Origin: Bispira polyomma
Lineage: Eukaryota
Reading direction: 5' to 3'
Assembly (NCBI GenBank): GCA_965649765.1
Contig: OZ287752.1
Span: 13,082,001 to 13,146,000, forward strand
Length of the DNA stretch: 64,000 nucleotides
Below the pieces are notes generated by a model, which searched no databases, was not told the DNA's origin, and was given only the letters and a program-made list of their open reading frames with translations. The position numbers and the translations under genes were made by a program. Positions 25,725 to 39,440 of this stretch are shown piece by piece; position 1 is the first letter of the stretch, and each line of letters begins with the position of its first letter.

Positions 25725-25967
25725 TTTGGATATTTAACCTCCACTCTAGTACCTGTTTAGGTTATATTGGGACGGGTAGTTGGAAACGCTGGAGGAAACA
25801 CTGCATACAGTTGATCAAGGTTCTGCACCAAAACCAGCGGCTCACAGTAAGGAAGTACCCCCTTTCCCACATAGGCATTGACGGGAGTCGAACTCACGCT
25901 GCCCATAGGTGAGAGACCAGTAATTGTGAGGCGCAATGCTTGCTAACCACTAGGCCACCGCGGCCCC
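25725..25967 (-). mobile_element. tRNA-derived SINE (family A)
   Basis: A box TGGCCTAGTGG and B box GTTCGACTCC on the minus strand; TSD aaaatgcatatgaa at 25711 and 25969. Confidence 0.85.
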
Positions 25968-26253
25968 TAAAATGCATATGAAGCCTGCACCAAAGTGCTA
26001 AAGGTGGGAATCTAACCCACTAGGTGGCTTAAGCACATATACATTTTAACCATATAACCACTAAAACTGAAGCATGTTAGTAGAAAGATCAGTCCATCAT
26101 TAAAATATAAATGTGTGACACTGATTAAAAATGCATATGAAGCCTGCACAGAAATGCTACATGTGGGAATCTAACCAACTAGGTGGCTTAAACACATAGG
26201 CATTTTTAACCATATAACAAACTAAAACTGGAAGATGCAAGTAGTAAAATTAA

Positions 26254-29200
26254 TCACTCCTTAAAAACAATACCTTCTCCAAGGTTGGTTAGTGATGCAC
26301 ATACTGTTACAATTTTATCTACTGTTGTCAAGTATAGTGATTCTGACGCATCTTTGATACTCTTAATTAACTGATAGGGCAGTGTACCTTGTAAAATTGC
26401 AAAACGATTTTTTATAAGCCCAATGACCCTCTTTATGTGATTGCCTACTGATAAAATTTTACGTGACATTTCTACATCTTTAGCAGACAGTTGTTTTTGG
26501 CCTTTGGTAAAGGCAGGAATTATTAATTCAGAACTACACACAGTTGCAAAATCCTCCACTAATGTAAAACCCCTGTCTGCGAGTATTTGATCAAAGGGCA
26601 TATGTAAATTTTGAGAAATAAAGCCTGATTCACGAACAATTTGTACATCAGATGCTCTACCGCCATATGCTTTTGACAAAAAGGTTACTGCTCCATGAGG
26701 GTTACAGCAAATAAGAAATTTAACTGTGCAATGTTTTTTGTAGTTTGAATATGTTTGTGCCCTTGCTTTGAGGTTTTTTTGGAGAATCTATAAAAATTTC
26801 AAAACAGTCAATATTTGACGTTAATCTGGGAAATTTTGATTTAAATACAGGGAGAATCAGAAGGAAAATGTTTTCTCTATCAGGCCATTTCACCAAAAAG
26901 TTAATTTTTGCACACAATAAATCTGTCCATCTCCAAAAAATATCCCATGTAGTTGATTTTGGGATACCAAACAAATCCCAAAGAACCTCAACAGCAGGAT
27001 TTTGGCATAAATTAATCCGTGTTAACAACAACTGATCCACAACACTTAACACACAGTTGTTTTGTTGTGTACTCACAAATGTTTCCAAATACATAAAAAG
27101 ACTGTTAATGTTTTCATTAGATAGGCCAGTATATGGTTTACATTTAACATCTGATACTAAAATATGCTAGCCAAATTTAAGGTGCGAAAACTTGGCTTTG
27201 GCCTCATCCCTCTCAGTTCGTAGCTGGTCCATTTCGGTAAATATAGCTACAAGGTCAGTCTGAGATTCCTCCGGTTGCTTAGGTGGAATATCTGGTGCGT
27301 CATCAATGTGGTTTCTGTTGGGTGGCTTGTGGTCACCATCAGTGTCATTCTATAAATTTAAAGTATTCAGTTCATAGTCATCAAATAAAGTAATAAATAT
27401 AATAAATTCGCAAAAGGTGGAGAGATTTGTCTGCATAAAATGCTTCGTGCTTACTGGATTTACAATCTTGAGTAATTTCCTAGTGTTTTTTCTGCAAAGA
27501 GTAATCTTCATATTTAAAATGTTTCACAAGTAAATATATATGTCTTGTTGAAAGTATTACAACCAAATTGAAATGCATCATACTTAAACATTAGACATCA
27601 CTGAATAACTATCTGAATTAGCTATGGTATCAAATGTTATTTTTTGTATCTATATTGCTATATTTTTCATCAGTTGGATCGATCGATATCAAAATATTAG
27701 AATTTGGTTAGCTTCAAACGTATGACATATAGTTATTTCTTATACCCTAAATACTGCTTGTTTTAAACATGGTGGTAAAAGTAAACAACATTTTAAAGTG
27801 CAACAAATTGCTTTATTCAGCAATTAAACTCTTTAAAATAAGATAAAAATGTCAAACTATTTCATTATTTGTAGTTAGAAAAGTTATTTCTGCGATATTG
27901 ATATATCATTTAACAATTCCGATATTGGCACTCGGTCCAGGCGTGATAAATATATTGATATACATTACCATATGTTTTACAAATACTTAATTGATTGGTT
28001 TACTTGTGCAAAAATGTTTTATTATTATTAGTGTGATGATTTCCTTTTGTAAAATGTTGATCTGCATGCCGTTAAAATTTACTTCTTGTTTTTTATTGTC
28101 AATAAATTGTATATCTCTACATTAAGACAACTGATGATTAAAAAATAAAAATTGTGACAATGAACCTACATTTTGCTGTGTTTTTCCTTCTTCCACATTC
28201 CAATTGTCTGCCTCTGCAAAAGAGGACTTCAACACCTGGCATTTCACACCCACAGTCTAGAAGTTAACAATACTATCTTGCTTAAATGGTGATTTCAATA
28301 TGCCGATTTGGTGAAAACAGGGCAAACGTGGAGGTCGGGAAGAATATCTAGCATGCTTGATATTTTGAAAAAGTTCCCCGGAACCTAAAAACATAAGAGT
28401 ATAGATCAGTCAGATCCTATCGCCGATACGGTCGATCCTAGGTTTTAAATTTGCCAAGTTTGGGTATTCATTAAGCTATATGTAAGCAAAACATTAAAAT
28501 TTGTGTACTTCAGTGACTTATTTTGTAACCTGCTATTTTAAAAAAAATTATATATTCTAAATAATTTCTGGCTTTCAGTTACCTGAAAATCAGGTTTTCC
28601 ACAAAGTATTGTCGCTTTAAAAAAGGTGTTATATATTTACACTGTTGCTTGAAATTGCAACTCTTTTCAAGCTTCTCTGCTCCGCCCTCTCATATCTTCT
28701 ACATCTTGCCTGTTGACTTGAACATGCCTCTTTTGCAGACCAATTGGAATGTGGCCTTGGTACACTTGGTATATGGTCTGGATGGCCAGGAGTATTGTTG
28801 GCACATCCTAAAGAAAAAGGGAATAAATATATTAACATGGTTAACAACCAACATGGTTAACAACTAACAATAATTATACATGAATGAAACTATGTGCAGA
28901 GTCTATATTAAGAAAATGCTTTGCACCAGAAGTAAAATGTGAAACTATTATCCTATGCATATATATATCATTCTCTATAAAATTTGTTACAAATTTATGA
29001 ACATAAAATTTGTTTTAAAATATTTGGGTGTTTACTGTCGCTTTTAATGTCAGGTGTTCTATTCACAAAGGGAAATTTATTGGTGGATGAAGCCAGTAAT
29101 ATTTGATGATCATGAAATTTAGGTGATATTTTGTATGTGAATATATTTGAGATGTATAACTAAAATTAATTTCCCCTTTCTTTATTATCGTACACCAAAG

Positions 29201-29487
29201 AGGATTAATGAAACTCTAGTCAAGTTAAACTCATTTTTATCTCTGTTTATTGACCATTGCACAAATGAATTTTTGAATACAGAACACACCAGTTACGAAA
29301 TGGTTTCCACACAAATACAAATTTTTGGCCTCTGGCATCCATGTTGACCCATCTGAGTTTATTGTACAACAGTATGTGATCCATTTCTGTCGTCTCGCAA
29401 ATTCTTTTAGTGACGAAGAAAATCTGCAGAAAGACCTTTGCAGTTGTAATAGTTCTTACACCACCCAGTAGCACATGATGACGGCAT
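26254..29487 (-). mobile_element. Degenerate THAP + HTH + DDE_Tnp_4 transposase (ISL2EU / PIF-Harbinger-related DNA transposon)
   Basis: THAP remnant 29290-29487 (MPSSC..C.N...FCRF...RRQKWI...W.P...LCGNHFVTG), continued by GCANNTPGHPDHIPSV (~28807); HTH-like 26720-27094; DDE motifs IDCFEIFI, SKAYGGRASD, ILADRGF and RVIGLIKNRF.IL. Confidence 0.85.
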
Positions 29488-29716
29488 TCTGTAATCTCCA
29501 AAATAAAAAAAACTTAAAATTTAAATAGTTATTAAGAATAATACATACCATCGGATCACATTTTCCCGTCAACCCCAAATGTTACACGCTAGTCTGGTGG
29601 AAGTAGCTTGCACATACCCATTGCCTCAGCCATATTGAAGTTTACATGGACTTTGTACTGATTTTACTGGGTGGCCATGGGTAGGCGCCACCCGTGTAAT
29701 GATCAGAAACAAACTT

Positions 29717-29925
29717 CTAATCTAATCTAATCTAATCTAGTCGTACTTTTATAGCGCTTAATCTTTGTACAACAAATTCTAAGGCGCAACAAACCCAGAA
29801 CGTTAATCGCAAATCAAAAATAGTGGGCGGATGGAAGTCGTAACCAGGGAGACTACCGTAAATGGTTGCGACGGCTAAGGTGGAAAAGCCTGTTCAAAAA
29901 GATAGGCCTTCAGCTTACTCCTGAC
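29717..29925 (-). mobile_element. Short 3' end of an L2 LINE with (TTAGA)n tail
   Basis: Nearly identical to 55256-55460. Confidence 0.9.
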
Positions 29926-31614
29926 ATAACAAACAGCCTTATAAAAACTACAAACTACTTCTTGACAATAAATGATGGATATGCACTTGGCAAATTGTAA
30001 AAACAACCATTTTAGTATCAAATTTCATGATGAAAAGTGACCAGTTCATATTTTTAGTGGCAATAGAAACTTATGAATTACATATTAGATAGGAAGATAT
30101 ATTCTTAATTTAGTTAAAATTAACTAAACACATGTTAATACTTCACTTTCAATTTAAAAAAAATATCATTCATTCCAAATAAACACATATCTCCATTATT
30201 GAGCATATCTAAACTGCAATTATAAAGAATTAATAATTTAACTAAGGATATAAGTTATGTAAGCACTTCAGCTGTGACTTGAATCTGAAGATTCCTTTTA
30301 TTAAGAATATACCAGGAGGCTATAATGTACTATATATGACATACATATGGAGGCTAGTAACCTATACAATACAAATCAACATACATAAAAATTGCAAATC
30401 GAAGAAAGTACGTAGTGCAAATGAATGATTATATAATAACCACTGCATAATATATAGCAATTCGTAATATATAATGTCAATAATATGCCCAATGTACAAT
30501 ATATTTTGTTAAATAAAGACAGTCAGAAACTACAAAAGTTTAGTGATAGTGAAGCGCAATGCTTGCTAACCACTAGGCCACCGCGGCCCCGGCTTATGTC
30601 ACAAAAATCCCGACAGATTTTAATTGTCCTCATTCTAGCCAGAGATACAGAGGCCTAAACATATCTGACATGTGAATCTGAAGTTGTGCGAGTTGGGAAT
30701 TATAAGACCACAGGGTTAGTAATCACAAATATTCTTTTCTTTAAATTTAGGAGTTAAGGCTCAGCTGATGAATTTTGGTTTTAGTATTAACCGCATTAAC
30801 ACTAAGCTAATCTTAAATGTTGTAACCAAAAAAATCCCAAGTTTTATAAAATAAGTTAACACATGGACCTTTTCCTCCAAAGGGGTCGTTTGGTGGTATT
30901 TTTGGTGTGTAATCCTGTTAACACAAACAAAACAAACCAACAAACAGCGGCAAAAACATAACCTAGCCTTTCTCATAAGGATTTGTCAAAGTGAGTTTAT
31001 ATATTTTATATACAATATGGCAGCCGATGTAAACAAAATCTATTGAAAAAATAAAGGTCAACATCGAATATTTAAAATTTAGATGATAAAGTATATTACC
31101 TGCAGGAATTAGACCTATATTATTGTTTTGATGAATTTTCGTTATAACTAAAGGCGATAATATAAGAGTTTTAACTTAAAACATACATGTTTTCGAGTCC
31201 CCAAATTGCAAATTTAACTCTGATTTTCAAAATAATTTGGCCCTTAACTGAGTAAATGTGTGAATATACCTCTCCGCTTTTGCCTTCATCACCCGCCTCC
31301 AACGTTCATTTTTGTTAACTGAAAACAATTGGTAGGGTACCTGAGTCTGGGTTTGATTGTAAATTGTCGAAAACTTCCTTTGTCTTTGCAGTAGGCACAT
31401 TGGTGGTGGAGTCGACGGTCTTGGGAGTGGTGGTTGTGGGGCGAATGCAGATTCCTAGGGCAGCAGTTGTCGTTGACGAATTAGTTGCTGCTGTCAGGTT
31501 GGCTAAAAAAAAAGAAACAACAGCCATTGACAATATTGGAATGGTGTAATGCTTCAAACAAAACCAGAGAACAACAGTTGACCGTATACAAACATGTGGG
31601 ACACCAGTGTCACC

Positions 31615-31871
31615 AGGTGGCCGTGGTGGCCTAGTCGTTAGCAAGCATTGCGCTTCACAATCACTGGTTTCTCACCTCTGGGCGGCGTGAATTCGAATCC
31701 CGTTGATGCCTATGTGGGAAAGGTGGTAGTTCCTTACTGTGGGCCGCTGGTTTCTCTGCAGAACCTTGACCGACTGTATGCAGTGTTTCCTCCAGCATTT
31801 CCAACTACCCGTCCCAATATAACCTACTAAAAGGTACTAGAGTGGACGTTAAATATCCAAATTCAAATTCA
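31615..31871 (+). mobile_element. tRNA-derived SINE (family A)
   Basis: GGCCGTGGTGGCCTAGTCG...ATTCGAATCC...(aaattc)n tail; accagtgt at both flanks. Confidence 0.85.
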
Positions 31872-33809
31872 ACCAGTGTTACTTGTGGCTGTATTATAAA
31901 ATTTAGATTGATTGATTTGACTTTGATTAGGTTGTACATCGCTTTCAACAGCTTAAAGGTTATAAATGGGTGGATGAGAAACCATTGCTGAAGCCACTGC
32001 TGTAAATCACCGACCTACATGGTGAATTCAGATTAATATAAGATATGACCACTGGTTTTATCCACCCTCAAAATCGACCTTGATCTAGCCATCATGATAT
32101 TATGACCTAAGCAGATAAAGGTGAAGAAAAAACACTTAAATTATGATATAATATTAATAAAAGAGGTATTTTTATATACAAACCAAAGGATAATAATACA
32201 TTGGGGTAGTGTAAAAAACCTTGTATGCACCTAGCGCTGGATCGTCCCTGTGACACAGTCCATTAGCCACCGCTTCCGCCGCAGCACTATTTAATGCTGC
32301 GTAATCGTCGAACAGAAAGTAGTTCTGCCCCTCCAGCCGGGGGAAGAGGCCAGCCCTTGTATCTCATCCTCGTCTACGCACGGACGGGCGACCCCGAATA
32401 CCATGATGTTGTGCCCGAGACTACGTACCCCCTCGGCAGTCTGCAGGGCTCTAGCACAAAGATAAATATTGTTTGAGTATTGTAATGGAGAGACAAAGTA
32501 TTTGCCAATTTATTTACGTAAATTACTGTACATATGAAAATGATTACATATTTGGCAGACATTAAATTTTTGATGAAAGTAAAATATAGGAAACATTTAG
32601 TATATCAGTAGTGATTGTAATATTGTGAGTTGTGTATCTTGTGAAACACTGTTATTGTATTTTTTTGTTAATTTGTGTATGTTCTGTAAAATTGTGTTGT
32701 ATGTTGTGTAAAACTATGTTTTTCAAGTTTCAGTATTTATAACATATGATTTATGTGAGAAATAATAAAAAAAAAAAAAATTTCTTATCAAATACAGCCA
32801 GATACCGTTTTCCACAGAAATAAACTAGATGTGCTATATAAGTGAAAACTAGAATATTAAATTTACTAGCAACTTACTGCTTGTCGCTTATATATAGTGC
32901 TTTATTTAATCGATATAACTATATTTACCTGTGGGGTAACCTAAACTCTCTGAATTGAGTGATTAAAGCTTTTTAAAAATGAATAGTCACAAGTATCGGT
33001 ACATTTCCAGATGCAAGGGACTTCCCAACACACACAGCCTTTACATTGAGTTAAATATCTGAGGTTCGAGATTCATTGAGACTTGTATTTTCAAAGGATT
33101 TTGTCTTTTAAAAAAAGACACAGGTAACACACAGTGTAAAATACAATAACATTCTGATGGCCACTATATATCAAGGCATCCCTAACACACCCTCAGTTTG
33201 GACTGGTCGATTGCTTTTCAACCAATCTATGAAGGCCATACATATCACTTCAAAGATGGTGGTGCCCCTTTTATAGAATAACGACAAAAAGAAAATTTAT
33301 TGTTCCACTTCCTTACTTGTCCTTGTCTTCCGATGGCCCGGTGATCACTAGTAGCAGCACGTTCTGACTGTTCGCCCTGTTGTTGACTGTCGGCCTATTG
33401 ATGTAGCAGTCCAGGGCCCCAAAGGTTATCCTGAGGTCTCCACCTAGGTACCTGGACAGATAAATTTATTTATGATGCCAGGCATTTTATAAAGTGCAAC
33501 ATCATTGTAAAAGTTAAAATCAGTCTGTTTCCGAAGCAAATTTGTGATTAGGGGTAGGTGCTGTAACAGAGAAGGTATAGGATTTTGAATTGGGATATTT
33601 AACGTCCACTCTAGTACCTAGGCATGGAGAAGGCATAGGATCCAGTCCGTTTATTAGTCCTGGTATCAGAGAGACTAAAATTCTGTTTCCTCCTTGGTAA
33701 GCCTGCTAAAAAACAAGAGTAAGGCAAGATATGCATTATAAATGGAATACAAAATGGAATAAAAAAAACAAGAGAACTGTGCATACAAGATGGTAGCCAT
33801 AGTAGGCCT

Positions 33810-34560
33810 TGTTACATATAAAGACATTGTGGTATGTTAAAGCACTCTCCTAGAGTGACCTATTTCTAGATTTGGGGAAACCCCCTAAGCTTCTAGACGC
33901 TGATTCTATTTTGTTTCTGTTGTTTTTGAAGTTGTGTAAATCTGTTTACATCTTATTCTGGAACCTTCTAGCAATTGTTGTTTACATTCTCTAGCTGTAG
34001 TATTTATAAGGGTTGAAAGCCTGGCCACAAACTAGAGTTTATTGAGTTGGTGTGCTGTACGAACTGCTATACTGTGAAACACTTTATTTATTTTCCTGTG
34101 GATATAAGCTGATTATTATATACGTTTTGTGGTGAACTCATTGGAGTGAACTGGATATAAAGTTGGGGATCTACCAGAGATTAAATTTGCTGCATATTGG
34201 ATATTGTTTGCATCCTGGATTGGATAGCTTAGTTGTGCAAACTTTCTGGATTCTGGATATATACATTTTGTGATCGTGGACTCCGAACAGATAACAGGAT
34301 ACAAGCATTGTGTTAGTGGACACTGAGCAGATCTCAAAACAGATTGTTGGATACAGTGGACAAACTTGTTTTTTGTTATTTACGTAGACAGGACTGTGGT
34401 CAGGTCAGATTGGTTTTATAGTTGTATTATTGTATGAACTATTAAGAGTATATCATTTGACTGTAATTGGGTAATTGTTATTTTAATTGTTTTGTCTTTT
34501 CCTGTTACAATTTAAAAGCAACCGGTAATTGCTACCGCGCTTGCTCCCCTGACCGTAACA
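33810..34560. mobile_element. Solo LTR (Gypsy-like) in an intron of gene C
   Basis: TGTTAC...GTAACA termini, 4-bp TSD gcct, and an internal TATA-like tatttataag at ~34001. Confidence 0.7.
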
Positions 34561-36419
34561 GCCTGAAGATGCTTTCTTAAGTCTCCCTACCTTTGTACAA
34601 CCAGTTCACAAGTCAAAAAAACAATTTAACAATAGTTTCTCATGATGCTCTTTAGCTGTAGAATGATCTGCCTCATGATATTTACACTGCCTCTTCACTT
34701 GCCTGTTTGAGGAAAAAGCTCAAAACCTATTTATTTAGCAAGGCCTTTCCATCTTAGCCTCCTTACCTTTATCTGGCGTCTCCATTGTAACGACATCTGT
34801 ACGTCCAATAGTGCATGAGACAGAAAATCATTTTTTACTATTTCATGTAGCCATTGGATATAACAGGGGTCATGACTATAGGCAGTGCAAATATCATATG
34901 AGGAACTATTGTTGAAATGTCCTTTTGACTTATTAACTAATGGTACACAGTTAGCAATACTTGAGAAAAAAGCCTTATTTAGCCTACTACGCTTTTTTTA
35001 TTGATTTGGCAAGTATAAGAACACACACACACACTCGTACTCACAACTTACCTCATGTCCTGCAGACTGGTTGTGGCTCTGCGGCTGGAGGTGAGGTAGG
35101 ACCCACTGGATAAGAAGACCGAACTGAACTGGAGAAAGTTGACTCTCATCTAGGAGAACAAGTATGTCATAGGTTAGCATTTTATAAGAAACCAAAGTCT
35201 TTAATTGGAAAAGTTAGCAGTTGCATTGAGCAGCCATGTTCAAAGCAGATTTCCCTAACAGTCACATCATTAGGGGTTTAATGTTATCCTAAAGGTATAC
35301 TAGCAGTAAGGTTTATACGTCAAAAAAATTATGGGCACCGTACCATGTCCAGTAAATTGTAGGATGGTTCCTAAACATAGGGTCACATTATAACAGCCAT
35401 ATTTTTCGGAGCTGAAGAAGAATAAACCACTGACACTACACATATATTGTTTACAACTTGGTTTATTCATTATTTTTACCAAAACTATTTAATTTTAATT
35501 TTTAAAATTTAAATTTTTTTAATTTTACTTTACTCACCTGTCCAAATGAAATCTGCAGATTCCGTCAATCCACCAGGTTAATTAGAAACTCCCGGATATG
35601 GTTAAAGTTAGCTGGAGTGATGTCATCGCTGCTGTCTATGACCACGGTTAAATCCACGGCCTCCGAACATATCTGCGCATGGTTACCCAATGCCATGAAG
35701 CCCAAAATTACACCGAATATAATCACTGTATTCGTCATGGGTTTAGGCTCCAACTCCATTGTCTTTTTTATTATTCCTTTTCAAGAAACACGTCGACAAT
35801 TTTTACATCACACAAAGTTGTTTAGGACTATATTCACCCGTTGAACTCCAGGTGGTTGTTGACTTAACAGCCGTATAACATTTGTTACTCCCAGAACCTA
35901 TATCTCGGTCGGCAAGCAGTCGACACCGCCCCACAAAAATATTACTTTACTTTGCCTTCAGCTCCTTACAATAGCGATTACAATTTTAGTGTATGTTTGT
36001 AAACCTATTAGCCGCAAAAAAATATATTCCTTCTATTTCCTGGCGATAGTTTTTTTCTCTGGGGTCAAAAATGTTTAAATCCCTCAAAAATATATCAAGA
36101 AGTCGTAAATAGTCCATATATTCATTTTTGACACTGGCAAAGACAAACCATCTGAAAGCTTATACATATATTTGTTTTAGTAAATTGAATTTTTAAAAAA
36201 AAAAGCCAATTGAACTAATCTCCCGTTTCTCCATTTGTTTCACTCCATATTAGTGTCTAAATTTTGTTTGTTTTCTCTCGAAATTTATTTGTGTCTCAAT
36301 AGGAATGTTTACCAAGTAAAAACAATTGAAAAATGACTATTTCATACACTCAGATATTACTATACACAGATTATACACATTTTCAACAGTATATACCTTT
36401 CTGTTTGATAACAACAAAA

Positions 36420-39400
36420 AAATAAATATATCCTATTTTCACCTTTCTTTTATCCAACTATATGTATATATGATCTATTCCAAGCTTAATTTCACTCTAT
36501 TTACACATACAGTACAAACCTTAAAAACACCATACATTCATAAGGAATTAGGGTTTCTCTCTGTTTTTTCTCTTTCTTAACCAGAAAAATGAATTTGACA
36601 TAGTGCCAAACCTTGTGTTATATACCAAGAAACAACATTTAAAGGAGGATATTTCACTTCATGTTTATTTAAGTACAAAATTGTAAATAGGAATATTAAA
36701 GTGTTGTTCGTCCTATTTGGCTTTCAATAAGGGGTGGGGTGGGGGTTGCGGGTTTAGGGTTTGGGGCAAATATTACATATTACAAATCATAAATATATAT
36801 ATATATATTACAGTATAAAAAAAATACCCTCAGACATTTTTAGTAGCATAAAAGGGGAGAATATTTATCAGTTCATAATATTACAACTAGTATGGTATGA
36901 GTTAGGTACACAAATAGTTGTTTGCTGTCTCTATTTCCTCCAATATTATTACATAGTTCTAGCATTCTTATTGTCGTCACCATCACAATTGCCACCAAAA
37001 ACAAAACCCGTTACCTAGCACATACAAACTTGCCCCCCTCAACCAAGTCATCCCAATGTGATAGCAATGGAGGCTCTGTATTTAAGCTTAGGCCATATTT
37101 GGCGATTTTTTCAACTTCAGTAATTTCCGCGTTATCAAATATTTATCGGCTTTTTTGTTCATCTGTGTAGCCGGAGATCAGAGACCATATGAAGAGTCCT
37201 GCCTCCTATACCCTCCCCCGATTTCCAGGGTTGAATAGGAGCTCTGGGAGGCAGGACTATCAAGGTGTTGTGTGTCTCGAGCTCCCACCACGGAGCAACC
37301 CAAACAAAATTTAACCAAAAATATGATATAATTCATATATTAACCAGCAGATAAAACATATTTCAGTGTATATTTATTTGATAAACATGCTTAAATAAAG
37401 TTATAAGCTCCACTAAAGTGAGCAGTATTAATGACACATATTATTGGCATGTTTAGCAGGATTAGAGGAGAGTTTATCTCCTCATATATATTCACAAAAT
37501 GTTGTAAATATTTATACATGTATGATGGAGTATTATTATTGATTATACATTGTTACATGATACTTTATAGTCATAGTGGCAAATTTGATCAAAGTTTAAA
37601 AACATTTTAAAATTCCTGTATAGATGTAAATTAAAAAAACAAAACAATAAAAAACATGTAAATTAATATCCCAAACAGCATCACATCTTTCCATCACAAT
37701 AAAACACATTAAACCATGTATAAACTCCATACAAAGAGGCTATACCAATATGACCCCTATAATAATTACTGTATAACCTCCATATAAAGAGGGGGGCCGC
37801 GGTGGCCTAGTGGTTAGCAAGCATTGCGCTTCACAATCACTGGTCTCTCACCTCTATGCGCCATGAGTTTAAATCCCATCGATGCCTATGTGGGAAAGGT
37901 GGTAGTTCCTTACTGTGGGCCGCTGGTTTCAGTGCAGAACCTTGATCAACAGTATGCAGTGTTTCCTCCAGCGTTTCCAAATATAACAGTCGTCCCAATA
38001 TAACCTAAACAGGTACTAGAGTGGACATTAAATATCCAAATTCAATTCAACTCCATACAAAGAGCCTATGACCTTAAAATTAAAACTAGTCTATGACCTT
38101 GTCATAAAGAGGCCTACCTTTAGGGACTTACAGACATAGGTTCTAGAAGTAAGAAATGGCATGAGCTGCTGGCCTACAGCATAGGGATAGAAAGGGTGTA
38201 AGCATTAAGACATGGGGTGTTTTAAAAGGTGAGGTAAAATTTTACAGGTCAAAAATAAAACTCAGCCTGAAATATATTACATCTTCTTAAAATAATACTG
38301 CCAAAATTTTGATTGTCACAAAAGTGACTTACCTTACCCACAAAATTTGTGGTAACCAATATGACCCTTTGCCAAATAGTTAGTGACAAAAGCACTGGTG
38401 ACAAGATTGACAGTGAGGAACGTAAATACTCTTCAATCCAGACACATAAAATCCTATTGGTAACAATTTTGCGACTGTGAGTAAGTTGATATTCCCTCAT
38501 AGGACAAATAAATGCATTTGACGAAAGCAAGGTAAACAGTTGGCTTGTATTAGATATACTTGTATTATATGTATCGTTTTGTACATTTGTTTTCCGTTTC
38601 CGACTATTTCCGTATATCACTATTGTAAGTTATCCGAGTCAGTCATCGTCAGTTATCAGTGTGTGAAATGTACCTAGATACACGTTTTAACCGGTAGATT
38701 TGTGTGTTAGTAACGAAAAAGTAAATATATCCCATTTTTACCTTTCTGTATATATACATAATATTTTCCATGCTCAATTTCACTCTGTTTACACATACAG
38801 CATCAACCTAAAAAATCACTATATATTTCCTTAATGATTAGGGTTTCTATTTGTTTTCCTCCTTTTTAACCAGCAAATGAACTTGAAATAGTGCAAAACT
38901 TGTTGTTTACCAATTAACAACATTTAAAGAAGAACATTTAATTTCATTTCCTCCATGGTTTAGTTAAGTACAAAATATTACATAATAAGTGTTGTTCACC
39001 CTATTTGGCTTCCTATAGGGGGGCAAATAAGTCATATTTTTCAAAGCACATATATAAATTCCAGTAAGACATGTCCTTAGAGAACTGGTGGTAGCATATA
39101 ATTAAGAAAATTTATCAGAGCACAAGTTTCCACTACTATGGTATGTGTTAAGTACACATATAGTTGTTTGCTGTTTCAATTCCCACAAAAATTATTGATA
39201 ATTCCAGCATTTGTCATTTTTGTGACCGTCAAAATTGTCACCAGAATGTTTTTGTCACTTTCGTCACCAATTTAAGTTTTGTTATATTACTTTGACACAA
39301 GAGGTTGACAGTTTTATTTTTTGACATATGTACCTCGGTATACGGACACGTCATTCCCAAAACAAAGGCCGTCCCCCAGCATATACAAACTTGGCCGCAA

Positions 39401-39440
39401 CCAAGTCATCCCCATATAACAGCAATAAAGGCTCCGATAG
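36420..39440. repeat. Diverged direct repeat of ~0.7 kb (about 36420-37080 vs 38720-39440)
   Basis: Shared collinear blocks such as ttcactct.tttacacatacag, attagggtttct, aagtgttgttc..cctatttggct and aaccaagtcatccc. Confidence 0.65.
37791..38050 (+). mobile_element. tRNA-derived SINE (family A)
   Basis: GGGGGCCGCGGTGGCCTAGTGG head; TSD ctccata(t/c)aaaga. Confidence 0.88.

Larger units (their letters stand above)
31315..35759 (-). pseudogene. vWA-domain / Thr-rich gene C (signal peptide, vWA, one mucin-like exon); disabled as sequenced
   Basis: Exons: 35538-35759 (SP + VDLTVVIDSSDD, in-frame TGA at 35565-35567); 35052-35149; 33317-33451; 32231-32450 (1 nt short); 31315/31341-31502. The 98-nt and 135-nt exons match gene B in size. 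Confidence 0.8.

Noticed and set aside
23561-31341. Splicing of gene C onto Ig copy 3 to give a vWA-Ig fusion receptor
   Set aside because: The phases are compatible (1-1), but the donor gtaccc is weak, gene C is disabled upstream, and nothing else supports it.
35565-35567. Selenocysteine read-through of the in-frame TGA
   Set aside because: There is no redox motif context, no SECIS was recognised, and the gene has a second lesion. A nonsense mutation is the simpler explanation.
37791-37880. Functional tRNA genes
   Set aside because: The A/B boxes are followed by a shared ~170-bp body, a simple-repeat tail and TSDs in several copies, which identifies them as SINEs.
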